Shown: positions 1 to 12,091 of the stretch, piece after piece
Position numbering within the stretch: position 1 is the first letter of the stretch
How the letters are laid out: every line of letters starts with the position of its first letter
DNA from: Octopus vulgaris
Taxonomy: Eukaryota
DNA length: 64,000 nucleotides
Direction: 5' to 3'
NCBI GenBank assembly: GCA_951406725.2
Contig: OX597821.1
Coordinates: 11,408,001 to 11,472,000 of the forward strand
The notes under the pieces: model-generated
Told to the model about the DNA's origin: nothing
Database searches by the model: none
What the model saw: the letters and a program-made list of their open reading frames with translations, nothing else
Made by a program: the position numbers and the translations under genes

Positions 1-72
1 TAGCGAGATGAGCAGCAATTATATGAAACCACGGGTTTTACATCAGTATCCCTCCTCTGAGAGGGTGTATAC

Positions 73-119
<47 letters not shown>

Positions 120-121
<2 letters not shown>

Positions 122-408
122 GTCGGTGGCAGCGTGGCTGTCTGCCAGCCTCGTCTGGCACCTGTGTCGGTGGCACATAAAAAACACCAACCGAGCGTGG
201 CCGTCTGCCAGCCTCATCTGGCACCTGTGTCGGTGGCACATAAAATCACCCACTACACTCTCGGAGTGGTTGGCGTTAGGAAGGGCATCCAGCTGTAGAA
301 ACACTGACTGGCCCGGTGCAGCCTTCGGGCTTGCCAGACCCCAGTTGAACCGTCCAACCCATGCTAGCATGGAAAGCGGACGTTAAACGATGATGATGAT
401 GATGATGA
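120..408 (+). mobile_element. SINE family E (RTE-type 3' tail ending in (GAT)n), 3' part with duplicated ~60-bp subrepeat
   Basis: ggcgttaggaagggcatccagctgtagaa...catgctagcatggaaagcggacgttaaacgatgatgat; same sequence recurs at 523-692, 851-1106 and 1501-1605. Confidence 0.75.
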
Positions 409-522
409 TATAAAATAATGAGGGAGATAAATTAATATTAATTTAAATATCAATTTAAAACCAGTAGTCTAGCATACAAAAAATCCGAAAAATCAGAGAA
501 AATTACATATACACATGTATAT

Positions 523-692
523 ATCATCATCATCATCATCATCATCGTTTAACGTCTGCTTTCCATGCTAGCATGGGTTGGACGATTTTGACTGAGCGCT
601 GGCGAACCAGATGGCTGAACCAGGCTCCAATCTTGATCTGGCAGAGTTTCTACAGCTGGATGCCCTTCCTAACGCCAGCCACTCCAAGAGTG
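523..692 (-). mobile_element. SINE family E, inverted 3' fragment
   Basis: Reverse complement of the 3' part of 120-408, starting with an (ATC)n tail. Confidence 0.75.
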
Positions 693-850
693 TACAGTCT
701 TTAAAAAACACAGTCAATGATGTCTGTGTGTACATTAGCAGCACTGTCCCAGATATGGGAGCAGAACTCCATTGTGAAAGAATGAAAGCCATCAGAAAGG
801 GTTCACTCACACACATAAACAAAAGAAAACTTACATATATATATATATAA

Positions 851-1106
851 TCGTGCCGGCGGCACATAAAAAGCACCATCCGTTCATGGCCGTTTGCCAG
901 CTCTGTCTGGCACCTGTGCGGGTGGCACGTAAAAAGCACCCACTACACTCACGGAGTGGTTGACATTAGGAAGGGCATCCAGCCGTAGAAACACTGCCAG
1001 ATTTGACTGGGCCTGATGAAGCCTTCTGGCTTCACAGACCCCAGTAGAACCGTCCAACCCATGCTAGCATGGAAAACGGACGCTAAACGATGATGATGAT
1101 GATGAT
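851..1106 (+). mobile_element. SINE family E copy
   Basis: High similarity to 120-408, (GAT)n tail. Confidence 0.75.
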
Positions 1107-1116
1107 TATCACAATG

Positions 1117-1467
1117 GACTCCGTGTGGGCAGTCATCTAAAAGTTTTTGTTCATCATGATGCTGATATAAGTTCCTTGTCTTTCCAGATGAGAAGGCGGC
1201 ATAATGCACCCCTTATTCCTTCAAAATTAGGAATATGCAGTCTTCAAAACATATGTGGAGAATAAAGGAATTTTGTTAAATCGTCGTTCGACTCCATTGT
1301 TTCATTTATTTATAGTAAAAAAAACATACAAATTTCCAAATGAAAGCACGTGATCTCTGCCCCTGGCATTTAGCTTCAACCGTGTTTTCTGACGTGAATT
1401 TGCTACCCAGGTATCGGTTAACCGAATTATCCATACTAGGATAATGGATAATTCATTCAACTACTTA
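1117..1467 (+). mobile_element. PLE-type non-autonomous repeat with decayed hammerhead motif (same family as 16280-16707)
   Basis: Reverse complement of ~16280-16650; core mutated to CAGATGA...CAAAAC-ATAT-GT at ~1185-1257. Confidence 0.65.
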
Positions 1468-1621
1468 AATATATATGTGTGTGTGTGTGTCTGTGTGATT
1501 TGTAGAAGGGTATCCAGCCGTAGTAGCCAGGGGTATTCTTCTACCTGGCCGGCTCCTGTCAAACCATCCAGCATGGATGATAGACATATGAATTATGATG
1601 ATGATAATATCTATCTATCTA

Positions 1622-1687
<66 letters not shown>

Positions 1688-1688
<1 letters not shown>

Positions 1689-2080
1689 TCTTTTTTACTC
1701 CTTTACTTGTTTCAGTCATTTGACTGCGGCCATGCTGGAGCACCGCCTTTAGTTGATCAAATCGACCCCGAGACTTATTCTTTGTAAGCCCAGTACTTAT
1801 TCTATCGGTCTCTTTTGCCGAGCCCCTAAGTGACGGGGACATAAACATACCAGCATCGGTTGTCAAACAATGCTAGGGGGACAAACACAGACACACACAT
1901 ATATATATACATATATACGACAGGCTTCTTTCAGTTTCCGTCTACCAAATCCACTCACAGGGCATTGGTCGGCCCGCAGCTATAGCAGAAGACACTTGCC
2001 CAAGATGCCACGCAGTGGGACTGAACCCGGAACCATGTGGTTGTTTAGCAAGCTACTTACCACACAGCCACTCCTGCGCC
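1688..2080 (-). mobile_element. tRNA-derived SINE family A, full length
   Basis: Head ggcgcaggagtggctgtgtggtaag (A box) and gggttcagtccc (B-box-like), internal (AT)/(GT) microsatellite, (GTAAAAGA)n-like tail; more than 12 copies in window. Confidence 0.9.
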
Positions 2081-2980
2081 TATATATATAATAAATTAAT
2101 AAATAAAACATATGCATATATGCATACATATATGTACGTACCTACCTCTACATGTATATATACATGTACAGGACACCAAAAAAAAAAAAACGTCGAACAC
2201 AATGAAAAACGAAAATATAAACACAAAACCAAGGAACTGGACATTTTTCTTAAACAACGAAAAAATAGAGTACAGGACAAATAACACAAGGAAAATTCCC
2301 CTTCTTCAGTCGCCATGGTTTCATCTACTCTGCGTTATATATATATAAACATAATTAAGGGATCGGCAAAAAGTTCTTTCACCACATACCGAAATTTAGA
2401 AATAGCAGTCAAACTACTAATACTTCTACTACTATATATCTCCACAGATAGTAATACTTGTAATTCACTATCTGTGGAGACATTGTTTTATTTACTTTGT
2501 TTTAAAAAATTATTTATTTTGTGTTTTATTTACTTTGCTAGGTAGTCGTTGTAGGATCGACTAGTCACGACTAGCTAGCGCGGATGCGCGAGTGAACGCA
2601 CCGGGGCCACTTTACTTAAGTAGTGCTGTTTAACAAACTAACAAAGAAAATACTGTGGACGATAGGATCCGTTAATATCACAGCATCTGCCGATCAGTGC
2701 TAGCAAAATAAATAAAGCAACACCGGTTTTAAACACAAACACGAACAGCAGAAGCGACTTGCGATGACACAGAGACGAAGCGGATCTTGGGAATTTTCCC
2801 AAGTTCTCTCCCTACATGTCGTTGCTTTGCGCGCATTTTTTTTTTCATTCCTTTCCTACACATTGTTTTACACCCATTCCAGTATTTTGGGGAGGGATTT
2901 TCATTTCCGGGTCAAGATGTAAACATTAACCGCTTTTCAATAATAGCAACCGGTAAACATTTATTTTGAAAACATAAACA

Positions 2981-3390
2981 GGCGCAGGAGTGGCTGTGTG
3001 GTAAGTAGCTTGTTTACCAACCACATGGTTCCGGGTTCAGTCCCACTGTGTGGGACCTTGGGCAAGTGTCCTCTGCTATAGCCTCGGGCCGACCAAAGCC
3101 TTGTGAGTGGATTTGGTAGACGGAAACTGAAAGAAGCCCGTCGTATATATGTATATATATATATGTGTGTGTGTGTGTGTCTGTGTTTGTCCCCCTAGCA
3201 TTGCTTGACAACCGATGCTGGTGTGTTTACGTCCCCGTTACTTAGCGGTTCGGCAAAAAAGACCGCGATAGAATAAGTACTGGGCTTACAAAGAATAAGT
3301 CCCGGGGTCGATTTGCTCGACTAAAAAGGCGGTGCTCCAGCATGGCCGCAGTCAAATGACTGAAACAAATAAAAAACAAAAAAAAAAAAA
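2981..3390 (+). mobile_element. SINE family A, full length
   Basis: Same consensus as 1688-2080. Confidence 0.9.
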
Positions 3391-3878
3391 GAGTATCCCA
3401 CCTAATTCGATAGCAGAGCACTGGAATCGATTTAATCGACTCAGCCCTTCTCCGAAACTACTCGCCTTGTACCAAAATGCTGAAAGTATTTAGCATGCCG
3501 GACAAAATGCTTAATGGCATTTCGTCCGTCTCTACGTTCTTAGTTCAAATTCCGCTATGCCTGTCATCCTTTCCGAATCGATGAAAGTACCAGTACTATA
3601 GTAAAAAAGGTTACTATTCGGCAAAAATTAGTGATTTAAGGACCTGAGTTTCGGTTTGGTAAGTGTCAATGCACAAATCTTGGGACTTCCGTGTAATTTC
3701 TGCCGATTATTCATAATACACACATGTATATAAATATCCATATTATATATATATGTTTTGAATTCGTCGAATCATATCGAAGGAATGCCATATATATATA
3801 TATATATTAATTAATTAATTTTATGTATTGGCTTAAGTTTTTCATTGTTTGATTTGCCTAATAGTGGTTTTATCTCTA

Positions 3879-4151
<273 letters not shown>

Positions 4152-4264
4152 AAAATAGGGTAAAGTAAAATAATTTACTTTACAACACACCGAGCTTTTT
4201 AGAAATAGCAGCCAAAAATTAGGCTATTTCTCGGTCGAATTAATTAATTCTACCCTTTTTTATT

Positions 4265-4302
<38 letters not shown>

Positions 4303-5094
4303 GCAGGCTTCTAGGGTATCAATCTATAAATATTAGGCTCGACAATTTCCCGCATTTTAATAACATTTAAGTACTTTAAAAAAAATGCCACAAACCTTAG
4401 AATGATATGTAATTCGTCCGAATATATATATATTTATGAAAGTATGACAATGTTAAAGCATTAGTTGGTAAATCTAAATGATAATGCTAAGATGGTTATG
4501 TTGCTTATTGTTTCTAAGACTCTGAACATAATTATTCTTTTTAAGAAAATAGAGAAAAGTTGGTTCACATGGTGACAAAGTGAAAATACAAAACTGATGT
4601 TTATTTCACCAACAGGAAGTGAATGATGCGCATGTATGGAGTAGGAAAAACGGCGGGAAAGAAAAAAGAATGAAGTTGTAAGAAGGGAGGACACGAGGAG
4701 GGAGAGAGAGAGAGACGGAGGAATAGGGGGAAGGATGTGGGGGAAGGGGAAGTGGAAGAGATGAGGGACAAAAATGGAAGAGGGTAGAAGGGAGAGGAAA
4801 AGAGGAGGAGAGACGAAATGGAAGGGGAAAGAGAGGTGAAGAAAGGAAAGAGAAGAAGGATGTTTACATTGAAAGTAAGATATTATGACGTAGGTAGAAA
4901 GGAAAAGGGAAAATACGTTTATATTGGTAAAAGAATAGGCCGAATGCGAGGAAAATGAATGAGTTAATCAAGAGGAAAGAGAGAACAAGTTCGGATAACA
5001 ATTAAAAATAAGTGAAAGGAAAAAAAGAGAAAAATAATTAAAGGGAAGTAACTCTGTAAACATTTGTGGAGAGTTGTGTTCCCATAGTAAGTCA

Positions 5095-5275
5095 TATAAA
5101 AAGATTTTTTGTGCTCAGATGCAGCACGGAATCTTGTCTGTGAACAGGTCGCGGTCTCAAAGCGACGAAGATATTCTGGCAAATTGAATTTAAATGTTGA
5201 AGTGAATCTGACGGTTTCTCTGTGTTTCTTAAATGGCTTATAGACACCTTCCACGCTGCAATTGTTAATTTTTTA
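5095..5275 (+). mobile_element. Dispersed repeat (second copy 11510-11680) containing an HHR-shaped three-way junction
   Basis: Near-identical to 11510-11680; hairpin GTCGC-ggtctcaaa-GCGAC followed by GAAG. Confidence 0.6.
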
Positions 5276-5619
5276 TGTTTCATCAAATTATTTAAAACAC
5301 TCTGAGCAAACGCCTCTCCATCTCTGCTTCAAATAGCAGCTACATCTTCAAAGTAAACTAAACTATCTTTAAGAATATGTGTGAATGATAAATGAGGGAC
5401 TGTCAATGTTCCAACATATTCAATCAAAGGTTTGCTCACACAGAACACACCTGAGTCTAAATAAAACCAATAACAACTATCCATAATGTCTTTTGACTAC
5501 TTTGTTCTATTGTAGTTATTTAATCCAAGGGCGAGTAAACATATGAGTAAAATGTTCCAGTTTTTACCATTCTTTCTGTGTTTTTTTTTCCTTCTTCCAT
5601 CTGTAACCACGCATTTGTT

Positions 5620-6310
5620 CACAATGGCTACCACTATTACAAATCTCAGTATCAGAAGTGAAGTGACCACATCCATTGGTAGCCGTCTTTAACTGTTGTG
5701 GTCCAACCGTGACTACTAAACTCCGAACTCCTCATCTTAGAATATCTCTACCCTTCTATTTCAGTCTGTATCTACCCTAATATCTTTTACCTCCAGATAA
5801 CTGTAAGTAGAATATTTGTTTGGGCAGCAAACCGATTTTCTTCCTTGTTTAGATATACTCAAGCCAACGAGGATTTCGTAGCACCAAATTCTCTTCGGTG
5901 CCAGAGATAGGGATCTTCGCCTTCTCTGATAAGCACGAAATATCGGGTGGATCATCACTTTTTTTTCCCAGTCTGCCTATCTGCAGTATATGGTTCACGC
6001 CTCTGATCCATATAATAAAATGGATAATACTACAACCCCGCTCATTTGCATTTCATGTGGAGCAACACGTGCTTCTTGCCCCATAGTTGTTCTCTCAACA
6101 TCTTCTATAAGTTTGGCTGCATTCGCTCATCCTGCAGTATAAGCCATCACTGAGCTTAACATGATTGCTGACGGTAATGCTTAAATGGATAAAGTTGTTT
6201 GCGTCTCGTAGCTCCCATGATTCTATAACAACCTGTTCAATTTGTGTGATTTGGTTCATATCAGGTTTTGGTTGACAAAGAACTTTCGTCATCTGGATAG
6301 TTATTTCTAA
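5620..6310 (-). pseudogene. Degenerate RTE (BovB-like) LINE ORF2 3' fragment
   Basis: Minus-strand translation gives TKVLCQPKP, NNFIHLSITVS, LLPKQIFYLQLSGGKR and WTTTVKDGYQW, matching the RTE RT C-terminal pattern; stops and frameshifts present. Confidence 0.6.
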
Positions 6311-6351
6311 GTCAAATTTTGTGGTTGCACAATGGCAAGTGGACAGGGTAT

Positions 6352-6580
6352 CGGCAAGCTAGCAGAAGCGTTAGCACACCGGGCGAAATGCTTTGCGGTA
6401 CTTCGTCTGCGTTACGTTGTGAGTTCAAATTCCGCCGAGGTCGACTTTGCCTTTCATCCTTTCGGGGTCGATAAATTAAGTACCAGTTACGCACTGGGGT
6501 CGATGTAATCGACATAATACATATGTCTGTCCTTGTTTGTTCCCTCTATGTTTAGCCCCTTGTGAGTAATAAAGAAATAG
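6352..6580 (+). mobile_element. tRNA-derived SINE family B
   Basis: ggc..gctagcagaa head, gagttcaaattcc B box, central gcctttcatcctttcggggtcgataaattaagtaccag domain; many copies. Confidence 0.85.
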
Positions 6581-6799
6581 GTAGAATGATTCGCGTTATT
6601 TGTTCCGATCCTCTGCGCGCCGACATTGAAATGTTGCCGAGGTTTACTTTGTCTGTCATTCATTCAGGGTCAGTAAAAAAAATACCCACAAAATTAAGAC
6701 GAAGAGAATCTTATAGTGAAGACAATTGGTTGAACTGCAAGAACATCGGGTCTGTTGCCTTGCGGTATTTATTCCGGCTCTTTGTGCTCTGAGTTCAAA

Positions 6800-6960
6800 T
6801 CCATTATGGCTTACTTGAGTGGGAGACTTAATCCTGCACCTGGCATCTTTGGTGATTTTAGTCCATTCTGTTGCATGCGTTCTGATTAGGCTTTTCGTCT
6901 CAGGATATCGTCCATCTTCTCGTCTCTGAGACTCCTGAAACGGGTCATGGGCTTTGACTT
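6800..6960 (-). pseudogene. RTE LINE extreme 3' fragment
   Basis: RREDGRYP...EWTKITKDAR resembles the RTE C-terminal GRP..W...A.DR motif. Confidence 0.4.
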
Positions 6961-7539
6961 CTCTCACAACTAATGTGGGTAACATATGGAAGTCCAGTCA
7001 AAGATTTGCTGTATAAACCCCCAAATGTCATACAATCATTTCAAACAAATAATATCAATCAAACATAGCATGTCTTCTACACTATGACAGACAATAGACG
7101 CAATCATCCCCAAGAATAATTTCTTCCCCTGCATTAAATGTCACCTTAGTTTTCACTTTAAGATGTTCTTCATGTTAAATAATGCAAAGGGGTTAAAGTG
7201 GTGTGTTCACTTTATATAAAGACTAATAAATGAAGGACACGTTGAATAAATGATGTCGGAATAAAGAGATGAAAAGTCACTTAATTCAAATTTATTGTTA
7301 TTAATGAAACTATGCTTTCTTTTATTTCCCATTATATTAATTTTATCCGTTGTTTCTTGCACGTGTTATTAAATAGATTTAATGCTGAGGAGTTACTGAT
7401 GCAGATTATTTCATTCCTAGTGGTAATTTTCTATGTACTATTCAAAGGTAATTCAGTTTGAATCATTCTTACTCTATACTTAATTATAATAAGTATCTCA
7501 TTGTTTTTATTTATAGTACAGTATAAGGTAACTTCTGTT

Positions 7540-7965
7540 TTATAGTGAATTGGCAAAAGGCAAGCGCACACAAGGTGCGTAGAAAAAGTGCTTCAAAGAT
7601 AGACTCAACGTGTCACTGAAGTGACCACATCCATTGGTAGCTGTCTTTAACTGCTGCGGTCCAGCCGTGATTTTCAACCTTGACATCTGGGAAATGCAGT
7701 TACAGGATCGTCCTTCCTGGCGTAGCTGCACCAACAGTGGTGCAACCCCCCCGCGAATAGAATATGGTCGTAGGAGTACAAACAAAACGTGGGCTGCGCA
7801 AGTCCAGAGCCAACTCCTTGCCTTCATTCCCAGTACACCACCAGTGCCCGACTTGTGGTAAAATCTTCTGAATACGTATTGACCTAACCGGCCACAACCG
7901 GACGGACTGTGACCTATCTTCTTCTATTATGTGATGTCTTGACAACGACGAACGAATATTATTAT
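7540..7965 (+). pseudogene. RTE (BovB-like) LINE 3' end with C2H2 finger
   Basis: ELAKGKRTQGA*KKCFKDRL...WEMQLQDRPSWRS...CPTCGKIF*IRIDLTGH, followed by a short 3' UTR. Confidence 0.75.
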
Positions 7966-8002
7966 TGGAACAATTCAGAATGTCCAATCTTTTACGATAT
8001 TC

Positions 8003-8275
8003 GGATCTTTACCTTTTGACCGACAGATTTTAAAATAATTTTTTGTAACTAAACACTTTCAAACTTCGTATACTGGTAGAATGTGTCACATAAAACATCT
8101 TTTTACTCTTGGCGTTGTTGAAAAAATTCTGTATTTTGGAAGTTATTTTTTTGTTAAAGTTGTCGTATTTCGGTAATTTTAACCAATCAACGACGTGTAT
8201 TCAGCTGAGTAAAATTACTGCTGTTTAGTTACAAAAAAATATTTTAAAAATCTGTCGATCAAAAGGTAAAGATCC
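8003..8275. mobile_element. MITE with ~53-bp TIRs and 8-bp TSD (Merlin-like termini)
   Basis: TIR GGATCTTTACCTTTTGACCGACAGATTTT... / ...AAAATCTGTCGATCAAAAGGTAAAGATCC; TSD CGATATTC at 7995-8002 and 8276-8283. Confidence 0.85.
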
Positions 8276-8769
8276 CGATATTCTTCTGGCACTAAGTGAC
8301 CAATCGTAACCAAAATCGCAATATATTTTGATTAGATCTATGCAAGGATCAGTCGAGCATTGATGTTGACTCCAATGATGAGGCTTTCACCAAAGACTAA
8401 AATCAATTTGATAAAACATTTTCTCCGGGAGCGTAATCACTTTTGTAACAGCTACGTACGTGTTACCTGCGTTGTCTTTGTTTCCGACTAACATATGAAT
8501 AAAACTAGCAAACTTAGTTCCCTTATTTTTTTCTTGACACCACATCTCTGTATACTGTGATTCGAGAGCTACCAAAGTGTAACTTAATTTTACGTACTTC
8601 ATTTGACAGTGTTGTTGGGTGTATAAACATCACAACTTTAGTAAGTAATTCTATAATCTATTTTACGTTATCTTTCTGGCCATGACGACATTGATCTTAC
8701 AGTCACTCTCATTTATTTTCAAACACTCACCCAGGAATATTGAAAAGTGAAATTTTTGTTTCGTATGAC

Positions 8770-9015
8770 GACAACACCCAAACATTGTGGCTCATCTGTT
8801 ATGGCCTTATTCGAAAAAAGTAATTGTGTGGAAGGCATTATCACGGCAGGGAGAGCAGAGAGTTGTAGATGAAGAGGCAAGCAAAGACCGCAATGGATGG
8901 ACAATATCGTGAGGAGACCGGACAAGAGTGGCAAAGCAGATCGAGATCTTGCGCTTCATCAGAAAGATTTTCGTAGTAGTGTCATTCATGCGCTGCAGGC
9001 GTACGATATATGACA
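8770..9015 (+). pseudogene. RTE LINE 3' fragment
   Basis: EGIITAGRAESCR*RGKQRPQWMDNI...KDFRSSV matches the RTE pattern LEK.I..G..EG.R.RGR.R..W.D. Confidence 0.55.
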
Positions 9016-9173
9016 AACGAAGTGTTTGAGGTATCGCATAAAATCAAGTGTCGTAACTCGCATTAAATTTATCTAAGTTATTTCCCTTGATAACACACTT
9101 TTATTTGTTCAGATCATTCTTGTTCGGAGAGTGATATAAATTGGCTCTCAGCTAGCATTTATGGCGTTTATGG

Positions 9174-9588
9174 GTGCGCAAGAGTGGCTGTGTGGTAAGT
9201 AGCTTGCTAACCAACCACATGGTTCCGGGTTCAGTCCCACTGCGTGGCACCTTGGGCAAGTGTCTTCTGCTATAGCCCCGGGCCGACCAATGCCTTGTGA
9301 GTGGATTTGGTAGACGGAAACTGAAAGAAGCCTGTCGTATATATGTATATATATATATAAGTGTGTGTTTATATGTTTGTGTGTGTCTGTGTTTTCCCCC
9401 CTAGCATTGCTTGACAACCGATGCTGGTGTGTTTACGTCCCCGTCGATTAGCGGTTCGGCAAAAGAGACCGATAGAATAAGTACTGGGCTTACAAAGAAT
9501 AAGTCCCGGGGTCGATTTGCTCGACAAAAGGCGGTGCTCCAGCATGGCCGCAGTCAAATGACTGAAACAAGTAAAAGAGTAAAAGAGT
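9174..9588 (+). mobile_element. SINE family A, full length
   Basis: Consensus match. Confidence 0.9.
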
Positions 9589-9595
9589 ATATATA

Positions 9596-10811
9596 TAAAT
9601 GCGCCCTTTTAATGCCTAACCAGGCTCATGGGCTAGGTTTCCCGGTTTCTATGGCGTATGTGTTCACCAGCTGGACGGGACGCCAATCCATCGCAGCGTT
9701 ACTCATTTTTGCCAGTTGAGTGGACTGGAGCAACGTGAAATGAAGTTAGTTAGTTAGTTAGTTAGTTAATTTTTTGGCTCAAAAAGCAAAAAGCAAGGCC
9801 ATGTAGGGAGACATGGAGTTATGTACAGGGTGGTGTTCATGTAAAGAGTTCAGGCCACTTGAGGTCAAGGGAGACTTTGAACCTAACGGTCGTCGGCATC
9901 TTTACTATCTCGTCCGGCAGCTTATTCCACGGATCCGCAACCCGGACGGAGAAAGCCCCTCTCCTTCGATTGAGATGAAATCGTCGCAGATAGAGCTTTT
10001 CGGAGTAACCCCGCAGCCGACACTCTGGAGCAGGTGTGAAGAACAGCTCTTTCGAGAGGTTACGCTCATGCTGTTGTGAGGAAGAATGAGATCACCACGG
10101 CGTCGTCGTTTTTCTAGAGAATAAATCTCGAGCGTCTTCAGCCTTTCTTCATAAGACAAATTCTTGAGACCAAGAACCATGAGGGTAGCCAGCTTCTGGA
10201 CTCTTTCGAGATGCTGTATGTCTTTGAGGAGATAAGGAGAAGAAGCTTGAATCCCGTACTCCAATATGGGTCTCACCAGCGTGACATAGAGCGGTAGGAA
10301 TATGGCTGCTGTGAGCATTCCGAATGACCGTGGAATCAAGAACAGAACTCCGCGTGCCTTGTTGGCAGCATGGACGCACTGGGCCAAAGGCGAAAAGGAG
10401 GAATCCACCAAGATACCCAGGTCCTTTACCTGGTCGGTCCTCTCCAGCAGCAGACAACCCGGCTCGAAATCAAGTTGAGTTGCAGGAGGAGCGCCAACAG
10501 GCAGATGACAGCACTTTGACACGTTCAGACACAGGTCCTATTCGTTAGACCATCTCCAAATTTGGTAGAGGCATCGACGAAGATCCTCTATATCACCGCG
10601 AGGAGCGACCAGTTTGACATCATCGACAAATAGAAGGGTGTGTTGCGTGAGGTCGTCGGGCAAGTCATTTATGAAGACTAAGAACAATAAGGGCCCAAGC
10701 ACTGAATCTTGAATTTTTTTGCTCAAGAACACAACACGTCACCCGGTCCAGGAATCGAAACCGCAATTTTATGATCATGATGCTGACACCCTAACCACTA
10801 AGCCACGCGCC

Positions 10812-10815
<4 letters not shown>
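9596..10815 (-). mobile_element. SINE family D (tRNA head, V-domain-like core) split by a CR1 insertion
   Basis: 3' half at 9596-9745 and 5' half at ~10713-10815 join to match 49858-50110. Confidence 0.8.
9746..10712 (-). pseudogene. 5'-truncated CR1-clade LINE (RT C-terminus plus (TAAC)n tail)
   Basis: SVLGPLLFLVFINDLP...FVDDVKL, KDLGILVDS, LYVTLVRPILEY, LSYEERLK...RRRRGDLI; frameshifted; tail (ttag)n at 9746-9768. Confidence 0.9.
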
Positions 10816-10845
<30 letters not shown>

Positions 10846-10963
10846 TTTAAAATAATAAGGGTGAAAAATTGAATATTAATTTGATTAATATCAAATTAAA
10901 AGCAGTGGTCTAGCATATAGAAAAATCTGAAGATTCAGAAAAATTATATTACATACATATAAA

Positions 10964-11163
10964 AGGGATGACCACTAAGTGGACATCCATTTTGCTAGAA
11001 GTCGACCCCCTATGGTCTAACCACTAAGAAAGGCATGTTCTCAAGAAAATTTAGCAAACGCCAAAACGTCAGCGAGCAAGACAAATGAAAACATACAAGA
11101 TAGTGGTAAGACCATAGAGGGTCGACTTCTAGCATAGTGGATGTCCACTTAGTGGTCAATCCT
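10964..11163. repeat. Inverted repeat, ~62-bp arms around a ~75-bp spacer
   Basis: gaccactaagtggacatcca...gctagaagtcgaccc...tatggtc vs gaccatag...gggtcgacttctagc...tggatgtccacttagtggtc; left flank 10850-10960 also recurs at ~415-510. Confidence 0.8.
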
Positions 11164-11173
11164 CTTATATGTG

Positions 11174-11210
<37 letters not shown>

Positions 11211-11684
11211 GAGGAGGGAGAGAGATGGTCAGCCACGTACGTATGTAGCATCTTATATTTTGCACAGGTTTTACTCATTGGACTGTGGCCAAGATGAAGC
11301 ACCACGTTAATAGGCTTACTCGAAGAAATCGATCCCCATAACTAAAAAACAATCCAACAAAAAGAAAAAATATCTTGCGCAAGGTGCCGCGCAGTGTGAC
11401 TGAACCTAAACTTCATGGTTGCAACTCATAATGAAGGTTTCTACTTCTTACACATCAGCCTAACGTTCAGACTGATAGTAAAATCTTTGTAGCATCTAAC
11501 TGCATTTGGCGCATATTTTGGTGCATCTCATGCAGCTCGAAGCTTTGTCAGTGAACAGGTTGCGGTCTCAAAGCGACGAAAATATTTTGACAAATTAAAT
11601 TTAAATGTTGAAGTGAATCTAACGGTTTTTGTGTGTTTCTTAAAATGGCTTATAAACACCTTCCATGCTGCAATTGATTCATTC

Positions 11685-11900
11685 AAAATGTGACCGCGTG
11701 TGTACCGTTGGCGATTTTTTTCTCCTCCGTCTTCCCTTCTCTGGATCTTTCCTTTTCCTATGTTTCTAACGAAGAGCTCCACTCTAAACGTTAAACCCTC
11801 CTTCTTTCCTTCCTTTCTGAGCGTCCAATAATACTATATTTGTTCCACGTCCTCGCGTTGTTGTGTTTTCTCTTTGTGTTTTCATGTTTGGATTAACTAT
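11685..11900 (+). mobile_element. HHR-bearing repeat family H1 (PLE pLTR-like), decayed ribozyme
   Basis: gttt-CTAACGA-AGAGctccaCTCT-AAAC-GTT-aaac at 11762-11796; homologous to 24010-24185, 24590-24797 and 31933-32070. Confidence 0.7.
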
Positions 11901-11901
11901 G

Positions 11902-11948
<47 letters not shown>

Positions 11949-12038
11949 ATATATATGATATACATATATATATATATATGTATGTATATATGTATATATG
12001 TATATATGTATATATGTGTATGTATATGTATATAGATA

Positions 12039-12091
<53 letters not shown>

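Noticed and set aside
120-250. CRISPR-like repeat-spacer array
   Set aside because: Two tandem subrepeats of a SINE; eukaryotic context, no cas genes
1011-1045. CTGATGA-AGCC-ttct-GGCT as a hammerhead
   Set aside because: No GAAA or stem III; the homologous SINE E copy lacks the core
2281-2335. Minus-strand CTGAAGA-AGG...CCTT as a hammerhead
   Set aside because: No GAAA after the stem; probably a truncated repeat end
5659-5712. Twister or HDV-like ribozyme in the repeated 50-bp segment
   Set aside because: Only superficial resemblance; better explained as RTE coding sequence on the minus strand
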